A stretch of DNA of 64,000 nt from Octopus vulgaris (lineage: Eukaryota): the NCBI GenBank assembly GCA_951406725.2, contig OX597829.1, forward strand, positions 55,428,001 through 55,492,000, in the 5' to 3' direction. Below, piece by piece: positions 27,975 through 40,111 of this stretch. Position 1 is the stretch's first letter, and every line of letters starts with the position of its first letter. The translations under genes and the position numbers were made by a program. The notes under the pieces were generated by a model. That model searched no databases. It saw only the letters and a list, made by a program, of their open reading frames with translations, and was not told the origin of the DNA.

Positions 27975-29241
27975 TTAACTGCTGAGCTTTCAATTTATCG
28001 TCATTTTCAAAGCCTTCCATGCCCACCCACCAGGCCATCGGGAGATAATATACAGAATGTGTTGTTTTTTAATCATTTCCGGGTAGGGCAAGGAACTCAC
28101 AGAAGAGCCTCATTATTAGTATCGAAGAATGATGATGAATCGATCAAATGTTTGTGATAAGAAATTGATAAAACTCATCGAACAACATATAAAACAGAGG
28201 CCGGAAAACTCACACGGAAAAGTTATATTGCACTTTTTGATGAACGAGAGAAATTTCCTCACTTGAGGGGAAAGCGCCGGTAAAAAGTCAATAGTTGTTC
28301 GGGTATGTCTGGATTATGGATTCCAATACCTCTCTCAGTACTTCTTCTGTCGCTAAAAACGAATTTTTACCCATCCCCACTAAATTATTGTGACGCTAGT
28401 GGTTGGTTAATCATTGATTTTATATGAGTAGAAAGTAAATTTGTCAAAGACGGAAGTTGATAGTGGATGTTTGCTACTGACGATGTACAAAGACCCAGAA
28501 ATCATGATTAAATAAATCCAGCACCACTACTCGTCACTTTTTCTCTGCTTCTGACACACTACTGTACAATTTAGCATTATACGTCCATACAAGAAGCTTT
28601 CTCAAGACAGGATACCATAGTTTTGCGGCTTTTTACAGTTATGTCCACGCTAAGTAAGATATACAGATTACTCTTCTGAACTAATTCTGCTTTTGTCGTT
28701 AATAATGAAATTTTACTCAGCCTGCCAGCTAATTAAAACATGTTAATCATTGTTTTTATTTATCAGTAAAGAGTAAATTTGTCTAAACATTCTGTTTCTA
28801 ATGGATACTTGCTGCTGATGATGTGCAAATATGCAGAAATCTAGGTTTTGTAGTTCTTCTGCCAGTGCTTTTCATCTGTCACCGATAAACTTCAGTGCTT
28901 TTTAGCAATATACATCGGCATAAGCAGCTTTTTCATGACAAATATTGCTGCTTTGTGGCTTTCGATAATACATCCATTTGTATTGATTGATAAATATTCG
29001 TATTGTCAAGGATATAGAATTTTTATTAGTCGGTAGTATTCATGAAAAGTCCGGGAAGCCGGTGAACGTTAATTTGGACAACTATGAAAACTAAATCTGA
29101 GAGAAACTCTTCTGTGAATTCCTTGCCCTACCTGGAAATGATTAAAAAAACAACACATTCTGTATATTATCTCCTGATAGCCTTGGTGGGTGGGCATGGA
29201 GGACTTTGAAAATGACGATAAACTGAAAGCTCAGCTGTTAA
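27975..29241. mobile_element. Non-autonomous DNA element with ~133-bp terminal inverted repeats
   Basis: 27975-28107 is the reverse complement of 29107-29241 with scattered mismatches. TTAA at both outer edges. Confidence 0.85.
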
Positions 29242-30199
29242 GTTTTATCTGTAGCAACAAAAGCCCTTTTATAAACTTATTTTCCCACAACAAAAAAAAA
29301 AAAAAGGGAAGAGAAAAAAGTTTCTCTCCCCGAAACAACAACAAAAACAATAACGTAGCAACAACTACAACAATTAACTAGAAAATGTTGGTAACTAACG
29401 ATCAGACTTTAAACAGCTGGGGGCGGGGGGGGGGGGGAAATGTCAGCATCGCTCGCCTGGTGGGATGAGCAGTAAAGTAGGTGAACCCTGTTTCATCACC
29501 CAAACACGCCATGAAAGATGTAGACTATCACAAGAACATTGTAAAGTCTACTCCGGTACGAAATCAACCATAATTCAAACCCTAAAATGTGACACATCTT
29601 CAAGCGAATGCATACTCACACACACACACGCACGCACAAAATCCACACACGTGCGCACACACACTCTTTTATAAACAAGTCGTAACATCAACTTAACTCG
29701 TCAAAATTTGTACCCAGAAAATATCAGAACAGTGTATCTCTTTTTTTTGCATGTATTTCTTATTTCCTCATATTTTTTTTTTAATATCTTTTACGCCCAT
29801 CTGTCTGCAATTGCTCTGTTCTACATCTATCTCTTCATTTGCTAACTCGACTCTTGTTTTTTTGTACTGTCTGTTTCTTAATTTCACTCTCTCACCTCAT
29901 CCGTTGTCTAAAACCGAAATAGGTCACTTGCTATTCTGCTGGTAAGAAATATAATTTCGAGAAAAAAACATAATTTGGATTTCAACAACGTTGATTATTC
30001 TGAAATATAAACTGACCGAAAACCCATCTATCTGACAGGCTTTCGTGAAAAACGACTTCTTTTTTTTGTCATGTATACGATTTCAGTGATGCAAACTCTG
30101 ATAATTTTTAATAGTTAAACAGACATGGACGCAACAAATAAAATCCTTAGATATGAAGTGTAGGTTTTAATTATATCAGATTTTCATTCGTTTATTGTT

Positions 30200-30572
30200 A
30201 AAAACAGACATTCAAGTTAACATAAAGCATAAAAAGACTGCAGATAAATTTGAAACAAATTTTATTCTGTCGAAATTGGAAAATATTTTCCAAATGTCAC
30301 AAGTCCATCATAGAGAGCTTCTTGGTGGTAAACGGAGGTGTAATACATGATAAAATACTTTTCATCTGGAACTTCGGTTCTTGGGGACAGTATCAGAAGG
30401 TATCAAGAGATATATTATGGAAATCGGAATAGAGTGCCCAGTAGAACTGTTAGAAAAGGTTTGCCTCTTTGGCACGGCTAGAATAATCAGGAAAGTATTA
30501 GATAGTTGAAAAGGCCAGATGGTGATGCCATGGGCTGCAGGAGTTACAACAAAACCTGAGATAAAAATAACA
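30200..30572 (+). mobile_element. 3' fragment of a Dong/R4-like LINE ending in (TAA)n
   Basis: IECPVELLEKVCLFGTARIIRKVLDS* (LQKxxLLGTARILRKVL motif), short 3' UTR, then (TAA)n at 30573-30625. Confidence 0.8.
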
Positions 30573-30625
<53 letters not shown>

Positions 30626-30627
<2 letters not shown>

Positions 30628-31179
30628 GCCCTGATGCAGTACCAGGCAGTGGCTCTCATGGCTTCTGATCTTAACTGATTGGAAGTGTTATCATGTACAT
30701 TGTTTTGTCTTGGTGTAAAAGATGGGCTTACAGCAAATATTCTGCTCAATACCACAGATTTGCTTGTCAGTTGTTTGACCTTAACCAGTTGAGCATGTCC
30801 CTTAGTGGCTGACGATATGTGCATCTCTGATCATGAGCAGAAGTAGTGGGTGAGTATCATAGCCATGTGTTGAGAGGAATTCTTTGGGGTTTGAATAATT
30901 CACATCTGGAAACATGGGTGGTTCTTTCAACATCCTTAAACAACCCTTATTCAGGGACCTTTTGAGCGGGATGGGTTACTCGACCAGAAGAAAATTTTAA
31001 CTGGGCCCCCACCTGCAAGGTCATGCGCTGTTTATCTTGATATGAGATCACCATGTCGCGCACATATGTTTGTGATGTATGTGCCTGGTGTACCCTTATC
31101 AGACGAGTAGTCATGATGGGTATACTGGGCTTCGTATATTTTACCCCAGTGTCATTTGATGGCATGCACTGCTGCTCTC

Positions 31180-31180
<1 letters not shown>
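30626..31180. mobile_element. 555-bp non-coding insert between two (TAA)n tracts
   Basis: Sharp edges against (TAA)n on both sides, more GC-rich than the flanks, no convincing ORF. Confidence 0.55.
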
Positions 31181-31219
<39 letters not shown>

Positions 31220-31220
<1 letters not shown>

Positions 31221-34200
31221 GGGTTTGAAATTATTGAACAGAGATCATGTGACCAAGCAAGAGCAATACGAAGGGAATGGATGGTTAACAGAATTGGAGC
31301 TAGAAGCTATTAAAAGAAGAATATTAGTTGATGCTGGGCATGCAAGAAATGAAAGTGGTATAGTGGAAGAAATGGACAATTGTTTGCAAGAATATACTAC
31401 CATGAATTGTGAAAGAATTGAAATTAGTGACTACTCAAATAATGAAGATTTATTAATGATAGACAGGATTTTGGATCTATTAAATACGGAAGGGACAGAA
31501 TTTATGTGCGACTTTAAGAAGGATAACGAATGGAGACTAAATCGGGAGACGATTAAAGTCAATACTGTACTGAGACACATTGAAAGAAAGAACATCACAC
31601 AAACAAATAATCATCTCAAGGCTGCTTGTAGGATTGTGGCAGAAAGGATGGGATTGAAAACTTAAGAAGGAGTATGGTGTAGATAAAAAATGGCCTGAAT
31701 GTTGTGATTGAAGAACTGAAGCAGCGCATACATGCAAAAAAAAAAAAAGAAAAAAGAGGGAACGCTAAGTAGGTTTGAATAAGGAATTAAGCAATACTGG
31801 AAAAACAAATTGTTTAGAAATTAATAGTTATCGCCATACTAATATGGCAGTCTTATAAATATAAGACTAAAGCTGTCGCTGATTAGCTCCAAGAAGCCAT
31901 CGCCTTAAGCTAGCTATTTGACACACGAACCTGCGTCCATTATAAACCTTCGAACAAGGGAGGTCAGCCGCTTCATCCTGCCAGTCAGTTTGTGTGTCAA
32001 ATAGCTAGCTTGAGGCGATGGCCTCATGGAGCTAATCAACGACAGCTTTAGTCTTATATTTATAAGATTGCCATATTAATATGGCGATAACTATTAATTT
32101 CCAGTAACGCTGTCGTAATCTCCTTTAGAGAGACTTAGTAATTTTAATATTTCTATAAATTGTTTAGAACCGACCATAAAAGATTTTATCAAGAGATTAA
32201 TGATGATAGAAAACGTGAAAGATTAGTCCCTGATGCTGATGAAAGTCAACTTTTCTGGGGTAAGACATGGACTAAGAAAGAACAACATAATACTACAGGT
32301 GAATGGCTCTGCAGCCTGAAGCAAACAGCTTCTCATCCCCAGCAACAGGCTATCCACTTCACAGAAGACAATATCAGAAATATGAGTAAAAAGATAAACA
32401 ATTGGATAAAAAAAAAGTTGAGTAGTTGCCATAAATTGATCGCAGAGCAATTTAATGCATTAATCAATGGAGAATAAGAAATCCTGGGCTGGTTGACAAA
32501 AGGACGAATGGTGTTGTGCCTGAAGGATGCATCACAGGGAAATGCTGCTGACAATTACTGACCAATTTCCTGCCTCTCATTAATGTGGAAGTTACTGTCA
32601 GGAAGAATTGCAGAAGAACTAAATAAATTTCTTGATGAGAATGATATATTATCGATGGAACAAAAAGGCTGATGCAGAGGTACCAAAGATCAACTATTGA
32701 TAGACAAAATGGTATTGCAAGATTGTAAATGAAAGAGAACAAATCTGGGAATGGTCTGGATTGACTTTTGTAAAGCTTATATGATTCCACGTTTGTGGAT
32801 CATCGAGTGCTTAGATCTGTTTGGAATTGTGAGGAATGTAACATGTTTCCTGAAGAGAAGTGTGGTGAGATGGAAAACTAAACTGACATCTTACGGATAA
32901 AGCTTGTGCTCCCTAGGTATCTGAAGAGGGATTTCCAGGGTGATAACCTATATCTTTTACTTTTTGTTCTCTGCATGTTACCCCTGACCTTGGTACTTAG
33001 GAAAATGAACCTGGGGTACCAACTAAAAGGAAAATCCCAAACAATCAACCACCACCTCTTCATAGATGGCTTGAAACTTTATGGCAAAGATGAGGCACAA
33101 GTGAGTTCCTTGGAGAACTCAGTTCACTATTTTAGTACTGATATTAGATTGGAATTTGGACTCAAGAAGTGTGGAATAATCTATCTAAAAGAGGCAAGGT
33201 ACAGTCCTTAGCAGGAATAGAATTACTGAATAGAGATTTGATTAAACAAATTGAAACGGAAGGCTACAAATACCTTGGTGTGCTAGAGTGGAACGAGATA
33301 ATGGAAAAGGAAATGAAAGAGCAACTGAAGATGGAGTAATTCCGAAGACTGGGGTTGGTGCTGCGCTCAAAATTGACTGGATGGAATAGAATTCAAGTAG
33401 TTGATACGTAGGCTATAGCATCACTCTGGTATGGAGCAGGAATTATAAAATGGCAAAAGAGAGAAATGAAGAAACTGGATGCCAAGACCAAAAAAATGTT
33501 AACAATACATGGAGCCTTCCACCCTAAGAGTGACACTGATAGGCTGTACTTGTCCAGAAGAAAGGGTGGGAGAGGTTTGATCGGCTGCCAGGACTGCATC
33601 GAAGCAGAGGAAAACAACTGCGGAGCCACTGTTGAAAGACATGAAGAAGACCAGTGTTATCAAAACTAAAAATTGTGTAATGAAAGAAGAATTTAAACAA
33701 GAAATGAACAAAAAAGAAAAAGAAAAACCATGGAAAGAAAAGAAAATATACGGTCAGTTTGCAAGAGATGTGAAAATATATGGTCAGTTTGCAAGAGATG
33801 TGAATGCCAAGGCAGATACAGAGGAGTGGTGGCTATGGATGAGGAGGAGTGACGTGAAAATAGAGACAGAAGCACTCAAGAACAAGTGATAAGAGCCAAT
33901 TACATGATGTGCAGAATTGACAACATTACCGATAGTGACACATGCAGAATGTGTGGTGAGAGGGGTGAAATGGTATGGCACATCATAAGTGAATGCCTGA
34001 AATAGGCACAACACAAATACAAGAGATGCCATGACATTGTGGCAGAAATGATCCATTGGGAGCTCCATGGAAAACATGGCCTACAAAGACATGGTATGAG
34101 CGAACTCCAGAAGGAGTCACCGAAAATGAGAACTGGAAAATCCTGTGGGATGCAATGACCCAGTTTGATCACCTGACCAGATATAGGAAACCAGACATTG

Positions 34201-34588
34201 TTGTGGTGAATAAAAAAGAAAGAACATGTATGATAATCGATATAGCATGACAAGAGGATGAATGTGAAAGAAGAAGAGAAAATAAACAACTATGACGATT
34301 TGAAGAGGGAAATACGATGGTTGTGGTCCATGAGGAGAGTAGGTGTGGTACGAATCGTAATTGGTGCACTTTGAAGTATCAGCACTCAACTACCGACATT
34401 GCTGAAAAAGATCGGTGCAAGTGTGAAGGTAGAACCCCTACAAAATTCAGCATTGCTTGGAACTGCAAGGATTCTTTGCAGAGTTCTTGAAGCATGACTA
34501 ATAAACAAATGTCACCTTAGTCTGCTGGCTGTGGACAGCTGACACTTTCCATCAAACCCAGTAAAATAAACTGTGAGTTTTTTAATAC
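31220..34588 (+). mobile_element. 5'-truncated, pseudogenised Dong/R4-clade non-LTR retrotransposon (RT, CCHC knuckle, RLE endonuclease)
   Basis: WIDFCKAY, FQGDNL…LFVLCMLPL, HHLFIDGLKLY (YMDD site), DRLYLSRRKGGRGL, CRMCGERGEMVWHIISEC, KILWD…RKPDIVVVNK…IIDIA, LQNSALLGTARIL. Flanked by (TAA)n, the known Dong target. Confidence 0.93.
31820..32156. mobile_element. 337-bp fold-back insertion within the Dong-like LINE
   Basis: 13-bp TSD AAATTGTTTAGAA (31807-31819, 32157-32169). Inverted arms of ~114 bp at 31817-31930 and 31988-32101. Confidence 0.9.
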
Positions 34589-34628
<40 letters not shown>

Positions 34629-35919
34629 GGCTGTGAGGGCGCAAGGCTCAGTGGTTAGAGCATCGAGCTTACGATCGCGAGGTTGTGAATTTGAATCCTG
34701 GACCAGACTGCATGTTGTGTTCTTGAGCAAGACACTTTATTTCACGTTGCTCCAGTTCACTCATTTGTAGAGATGAGTTGTGACATCACAGGTGCCAAGC
34801 TGTATCAGCCCCTTTGCCTTTCCCTTGGATAACATCAGTGGCGTGGAAAGGGGAGGCTGGTATGGCATAGGTGACTGCTGGTCTTCCATAAACAGCCTTG
34901 CCTGGACTTGTGCCTTGGAGGGTAACTTTGTAGGTGCAATCCCATGGTCATTCATGACCGAAGGGGGTCTCCTCCTCAATAAGGCTGCAAAACAGGTCAG
35001 TGAGATGTAAAGAAAGTATGGAGTAGCCAACAAAAGTGGAAAGACAACTAGCAACTGGCACCAAGATGAAAGGATGTCAGAATTAATCCATATACAGTAA
35101 GACAGAAGTTTAAAAGAATAGCAAATTGGATAGGACCAAGACCAGATGGAGTACTAGGCTATTGGCTGAAGAACTTTGCACAGTTGCATGGAGGGATTGC
35201 TGTGAAAATGCTTTGTGTGTGGTAAGAATTTTTGAGAGTGCCTGAAGAATTCTGTTTTACATGTTTGTAAATGTACAACTGTTGACTAAGCGGTTTGCTT
35301 AGTTGACAGTTGTACTACTTTATCAACTAGGAATGAGGAAATAAATGCTAACAACAGTAATTTTATTTCCTTCCAAATTATAATTTGTCATAAACCATTT
35401 ATCAAGATAACACACCTGAATTTTGAAGTCATTTAGCAAGCACAGTTCTAAAAAATTTGAAGTAATTTTGTTGTATTTATTAATTATATCTCAAAGAAAT
35501 TGTGAACATAAGACTTTGGTGCATCACCAGTCAGGCTCTTGTTTTCTTTGTTTAGATTTTGGCAGCTGGTTTCCTGGGAATGGCTGATAAGGGCATTTGC
35601 TTACTCTTGCAGTGTGGGTATGTTATGTGAAATTATTTTTGTGATGTATTTTAACGGATGTTGCTGTTAATTACTTTGGTGTTTTCTTGTTTGGTTCTTT
35701 ATTTTGATTACGGTGTTTGCTGGTTGTTCTCTTTTCCTATGGTTTATTTCATTCATTAGCTTTTTGGTTGCTTGATATTTAATTCTAATTATGTTTTGTG
35801 TTGTGTTTAGTGCATAATATTCAAGGTTTTTCCTGGTTTTTATCATACTTACATTTTCAGATGTGTAATTGGGTTTGTATTTTCTAAAGTTGCCTTGCAG
35901 GATATGTTTTTTTTTTTAA

Positions 35920-36125
35920 CCCTTTAGCATTTAAACCAGCCCATATATACTTACACCTGTTTTATGTCTAAACTGGCCAGATCTGGTCTATCTCATACCT
36001 ATTCTACAGTGTCATTGCAAAAATATATAATCGCAGCATCAAAATTTCAAAGCTGTGAGATAACACAGGATAAACTGAAAAAGTATGAGCACAACGTTTG
36101 ACAGAGTGATTTGGATGCTGAAGGG
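35920..36125. mobile_element. piggyBac-type MITE, second family. Copies at 42511-42733 and, inverted, ~36400-36600
   Basis: TTAA|CCCTTTAGCAT … ATGCTGAAGGG|TTAA. Interior (ggccagatc…acctaccct…gagataa) shared among copies. Confidence 0.85.
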
Positions 36126-39100
36126 TTAAAGTTCTTTTGTAATTATTTTGTTAGATGTGTGTAGTGCAGTGTCTATGCTTGTGGTTGAGGTGTTGTTGTT
36201 GTTCTGTTAACCTTAAAAATGTCCTAATGGAAGTGACTTTTTAAAAAGTTTGTGAAAGTGTTTTCATTGACATATGAACATAGTAAGGTTTTCAATTTCA
36301 ATTTCAATTTATTTATTTTGATGAAAAAACAATCCTACTAAACAAAATTCCATGAGATGAAAAATGTATCAACAAACAAAAACAGAAAAAAATATCTGCT
36401 CCTTTAGCATTCAGATTGTTCAGTCAAATGTTATTCCCATGGTCTTGACTTAATCATGCATTATATCTGGTAGCTTTGAGATTTCGATGAGTTGATTGTT
36501 TATTTTTAGAAGGACATTGAAGGGTAGGTGTGAGAGGCCAGATCTGGCCAGTTTGGACATAAGACAGGTAGAATATTTGGACTAGGTGTGGCTGGTTTAA
36601 ACTGAGAGTCCATGGCAAAGTCATGATTGATGATGAAGTAACTGTGGCCCACTTGCATTTGATGACCTAAAAGTTATTCTTAACGGCACCAGGTTGACCA
36701 GTGAATGTTACACTGTAAACTGGAATTATGTCCCTACACAAATAAAGTAAAAAAACAAAAAAAATATAACACAATAGTGGACTAAATATTTAATGTGTTG
36801 ATCAATGAAGCTTTGAGTACTGTACTCGAAACCCTACACTTTGAATGTTCATTGTACTTAAGCTATTGAGTACATTTTTACACAACTCCTACTTGTTTAT
36901 GGATAGATAACATGATCAAGATTCAAAGAGAAGAAAAAAAAAATTACTGAAGAAAAAAAAAACAAGACAAAAAAGGGATTAAAAAGATTACAATTTCTAA
37001 TTTTTGATAAATTCCATAATTTTAGAAACAAGTACAGTGCGAATCTGTTTAAGAGGCAAATCAACTGTTGGGCTCAATAATGCTTGCTTTCATAAGAAGA
37101 CTTCTAAGAAAACCTCTGAAGCTTGTTATTTATAGATATGTAGTATGGTGCTGCATTGGTGAATGCAGTGGTTGCTGAGTTTCTAACTGCCCATATGCAA
37201 ATATAAAGAAGGACCGAATGTAATGATAGGTACTTGGTCTGTGGAACTGTCGAGTACTGTTTACTCTATAACTGAAGAGTGATAGTAGCAGTATTTCTTA
37301 TTTCTATTGCAAGCCTCTCTTATAGTTTTTTTTTTTTTTTTTGGTTTGGCAAAGGTTAAAGGTATTGGCTGTTTCTATTCACTGGATAAAAGCCAGTGAT
37401 TTTACAAATTTAAAGTTGTCACTTTCCAGATTCTTCCACTTGTGGCGTTTAACCATGTGTTCTTCTGTCCATTAATGTGTGCCAAAAATTTCATTGAGTT
37501 TTAGCCATGACAATCTCTCTTTCTTTCCTGACACATTATATCTAGGACTACTTTATTCAGGGTGAAATTTAAAAGTATCTCATCCAGCTAATTTCTACAG
37601 GGCCAGATACCTGGAGGCTCTCCAGTAATTCTCTCATTTAGTAAATCTAAGGAATTAGGAAATGGTGATTTGGATGATGGTATGATGCCTGAATTGATGT
37701 CTGTGGTATTCATTTTATTGTGTTTTGTTAAGCAGAACACTTAATTGCAAGCAGTGCCGGTGCAGGGTTTGTAATATTTACATTAATAAAGGCGCTAATT
37801 GAATTATGTTTTTAATTTCATTCCATATGCTGTTAGAAAATATAAATCCTCACATTCTATGCCAAAGACTGAGAAAAACAAATATTTTTCTTTCACTATT
37901 TATTGCAAAGAGAAGAAGAATATCTCCAAAACAAATTTTATAAAAATTAACAACAAAACTTTGCAACAGAAACATTAACTTAAGCCAGTTTCACTTTCCT
38001 TGTAAGCTTATATTTTAGTGGTTTGGCATAAGCAAATGTATTGAACCTGTCATGCCGTATTCCTGCCATAGTTGGAATGGGTTAAATGGCATCTCTGCTG
38101 GATTCCTGGTCAAGTGGTAGTGAGCTACACACTAAGAAATGCAGCAAATTCCTTTTGTTACTTTGCCTTCAATTGTTATTCTTGAGCTGTATATGTAACA
38201 GTTTAATTTTTTTTTGCACAGAGGCCCAGGTGGAAGGTAGATTTAGACGTGAGGGAGGGGGGTAGGTCTGAGAGGGTTGATGCTAAACAATAGTTCCTGT
38301 TCTATGTTCTTTAGAGAAAACCTATTCATCACATACATTTTAAAATGATCAACTGCTTATAAGTAAATGTAGGAGATTTCTACTTTTCGAAGCAATATTC
38401 AAAGTATTTGTCCATTATTAGAAAATAAAGCTGTAACTGCACGATGGGCCAACGAGGGAATCTCTGTGAGGTCGCCTGATCTGCTAAAGATAGCAGTCAA
38501 ATATGCCTAAAATCAAACCTTACTATCTAAAAAATAAGAGAAGTACACTTTGGATCTAATGGGTCCACATACATTATTTTTTAAAAGAACAGGTTTTGCT
38601 CATGAGTGAAATGATTTTGATTATAAGTCTACTCAGTCAGGTCTGACATGTGGCTAACCACCACAGCCACCACCGCCATGGCTGCCACCACCACCATTTG
38701 TCACCATATTTCTGTCGAAATACTCTGTGTTTCCTTCAATTAATTTCAAATATAACAAAAAATTTAGTAAAATAACTGAGTTATCATTAAGCTAGTGTTT
38801 GGAACATAAATTGTGACGAAGGTTTGGTGGAAGATTTTAATTCAAAACTTATGAAAACAAGACATTTATACTTCAAAGCCAAAGGCAGTTTCAGCCAAGT
38901 TGGTGATGAAAGGGTTAAATGTTGTTTATGTCTCCACCGAAAATTTCAATTTCTTTCACTGCTATTCCTTCCAGATACTTTCCTTCACATGACTTCACTC
39001 CTCTTCTTCATTTGTCTCTTGATATTTAACTTCAGTGGGATCACCGCCTTCTTATGAATGTGAACCCAATAATTCATGAACAGCTTGAAAATAAGTATCC

Positions 39101-39189
39101 TTGAAACCAAGGTCTCTTTTAGTTGTAACAATTTCACTTACAGGAATTTTTGGAAGGCATTAAAGTCATTAGCACTTTGAAGCAAAGAA

Positions 39190-39405
39190 GCCTGCCAGAA
39201 TGCTGTTGTATACTTGGTTATCACTTCTTCCCATGACCCATGAATATTTTTCAGTAACTTTTTGCCTAGATTCTTGAAGAGAAATATAGCATCTTCTTTG
39301 ACTGTAACTTTAATTGTCTGTGAGAAAGTTCTTCAAATATGATAGGCTTTAGATGCAGCTACTGTTCCTTGGCTTATGGGTTGAAACAATGAGGTCATTT
39401 TGTGA
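39190..39405 (-). mobile_element. pogo/Tigger transposase remnant
   Basis: MTSLFQPISQGTVAASKAYHI*RTFSQ…KNIHGSWEEV matches the DDE_1 motif TTSLIQPMDQGVIAxFKAYY…AWEEV. Confidence 0.75.
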
Positions 39406-40111
39406 GAAAAAAACAACTTTCACATTGTTAGTTCAAAAATCTTAAAGTAAGTCAAACCTTATTAAGAATCAAAAGAAGTTTGGGAGATAAATTATGTTTT
39501 ATGCAATAACTTCCAACTCCAAGGAAAGAAATGTGACAACGAACCAATCATCAAACAGTTCTGATATTTCTTGCATTTCTTTGTTATTTAATCTTTAAAT
39601 AGAAAATTTTCTTCTGAATGTTTTTGTACTTTTCTAGACTTTTTTTTATCACCTAAAAGTCGGTAAAGATACTTTTGTCACATCAGTGCAGACATATATT
39701 TTGCACTCCCGCATTTTCTCACTGCTGATTCAAACCCCAAAACAAAATGCAGAATGCAACTGACCCACACAATAGCAGGACATAATGCTACATGACAGAC
39801 ATTGGATACATGCAGGATTCAATACTCTGAAGCAGAGTAATATATGAGGATCTGGGACAATTAGATTAATTAGATTAATTAACTCTTTGCTTAATCAACT
39901 AAATTGCTACAGAGTCTTTGTAACAAATAATTTTTAAAGTGATTTTTTAAAATAAAAGAATTCACTTTTTATTACATTGTTGTATTTATTTGAATATTAA
40001 TACAATGGAAAATCATATTAATTTATATCAAAGTAAAATATTAGATATGAATGAAGATAAATTGTTTTAATTTTAACATGCAATATATTTTGATTCATGT
40101 TATTTACATAT

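Noticed and set aside
31156-31665. 169-aa poly-Asn ORF as a host gene
   Set aside because: (AAT)n tract fused to the Dong-like ORF remnant.
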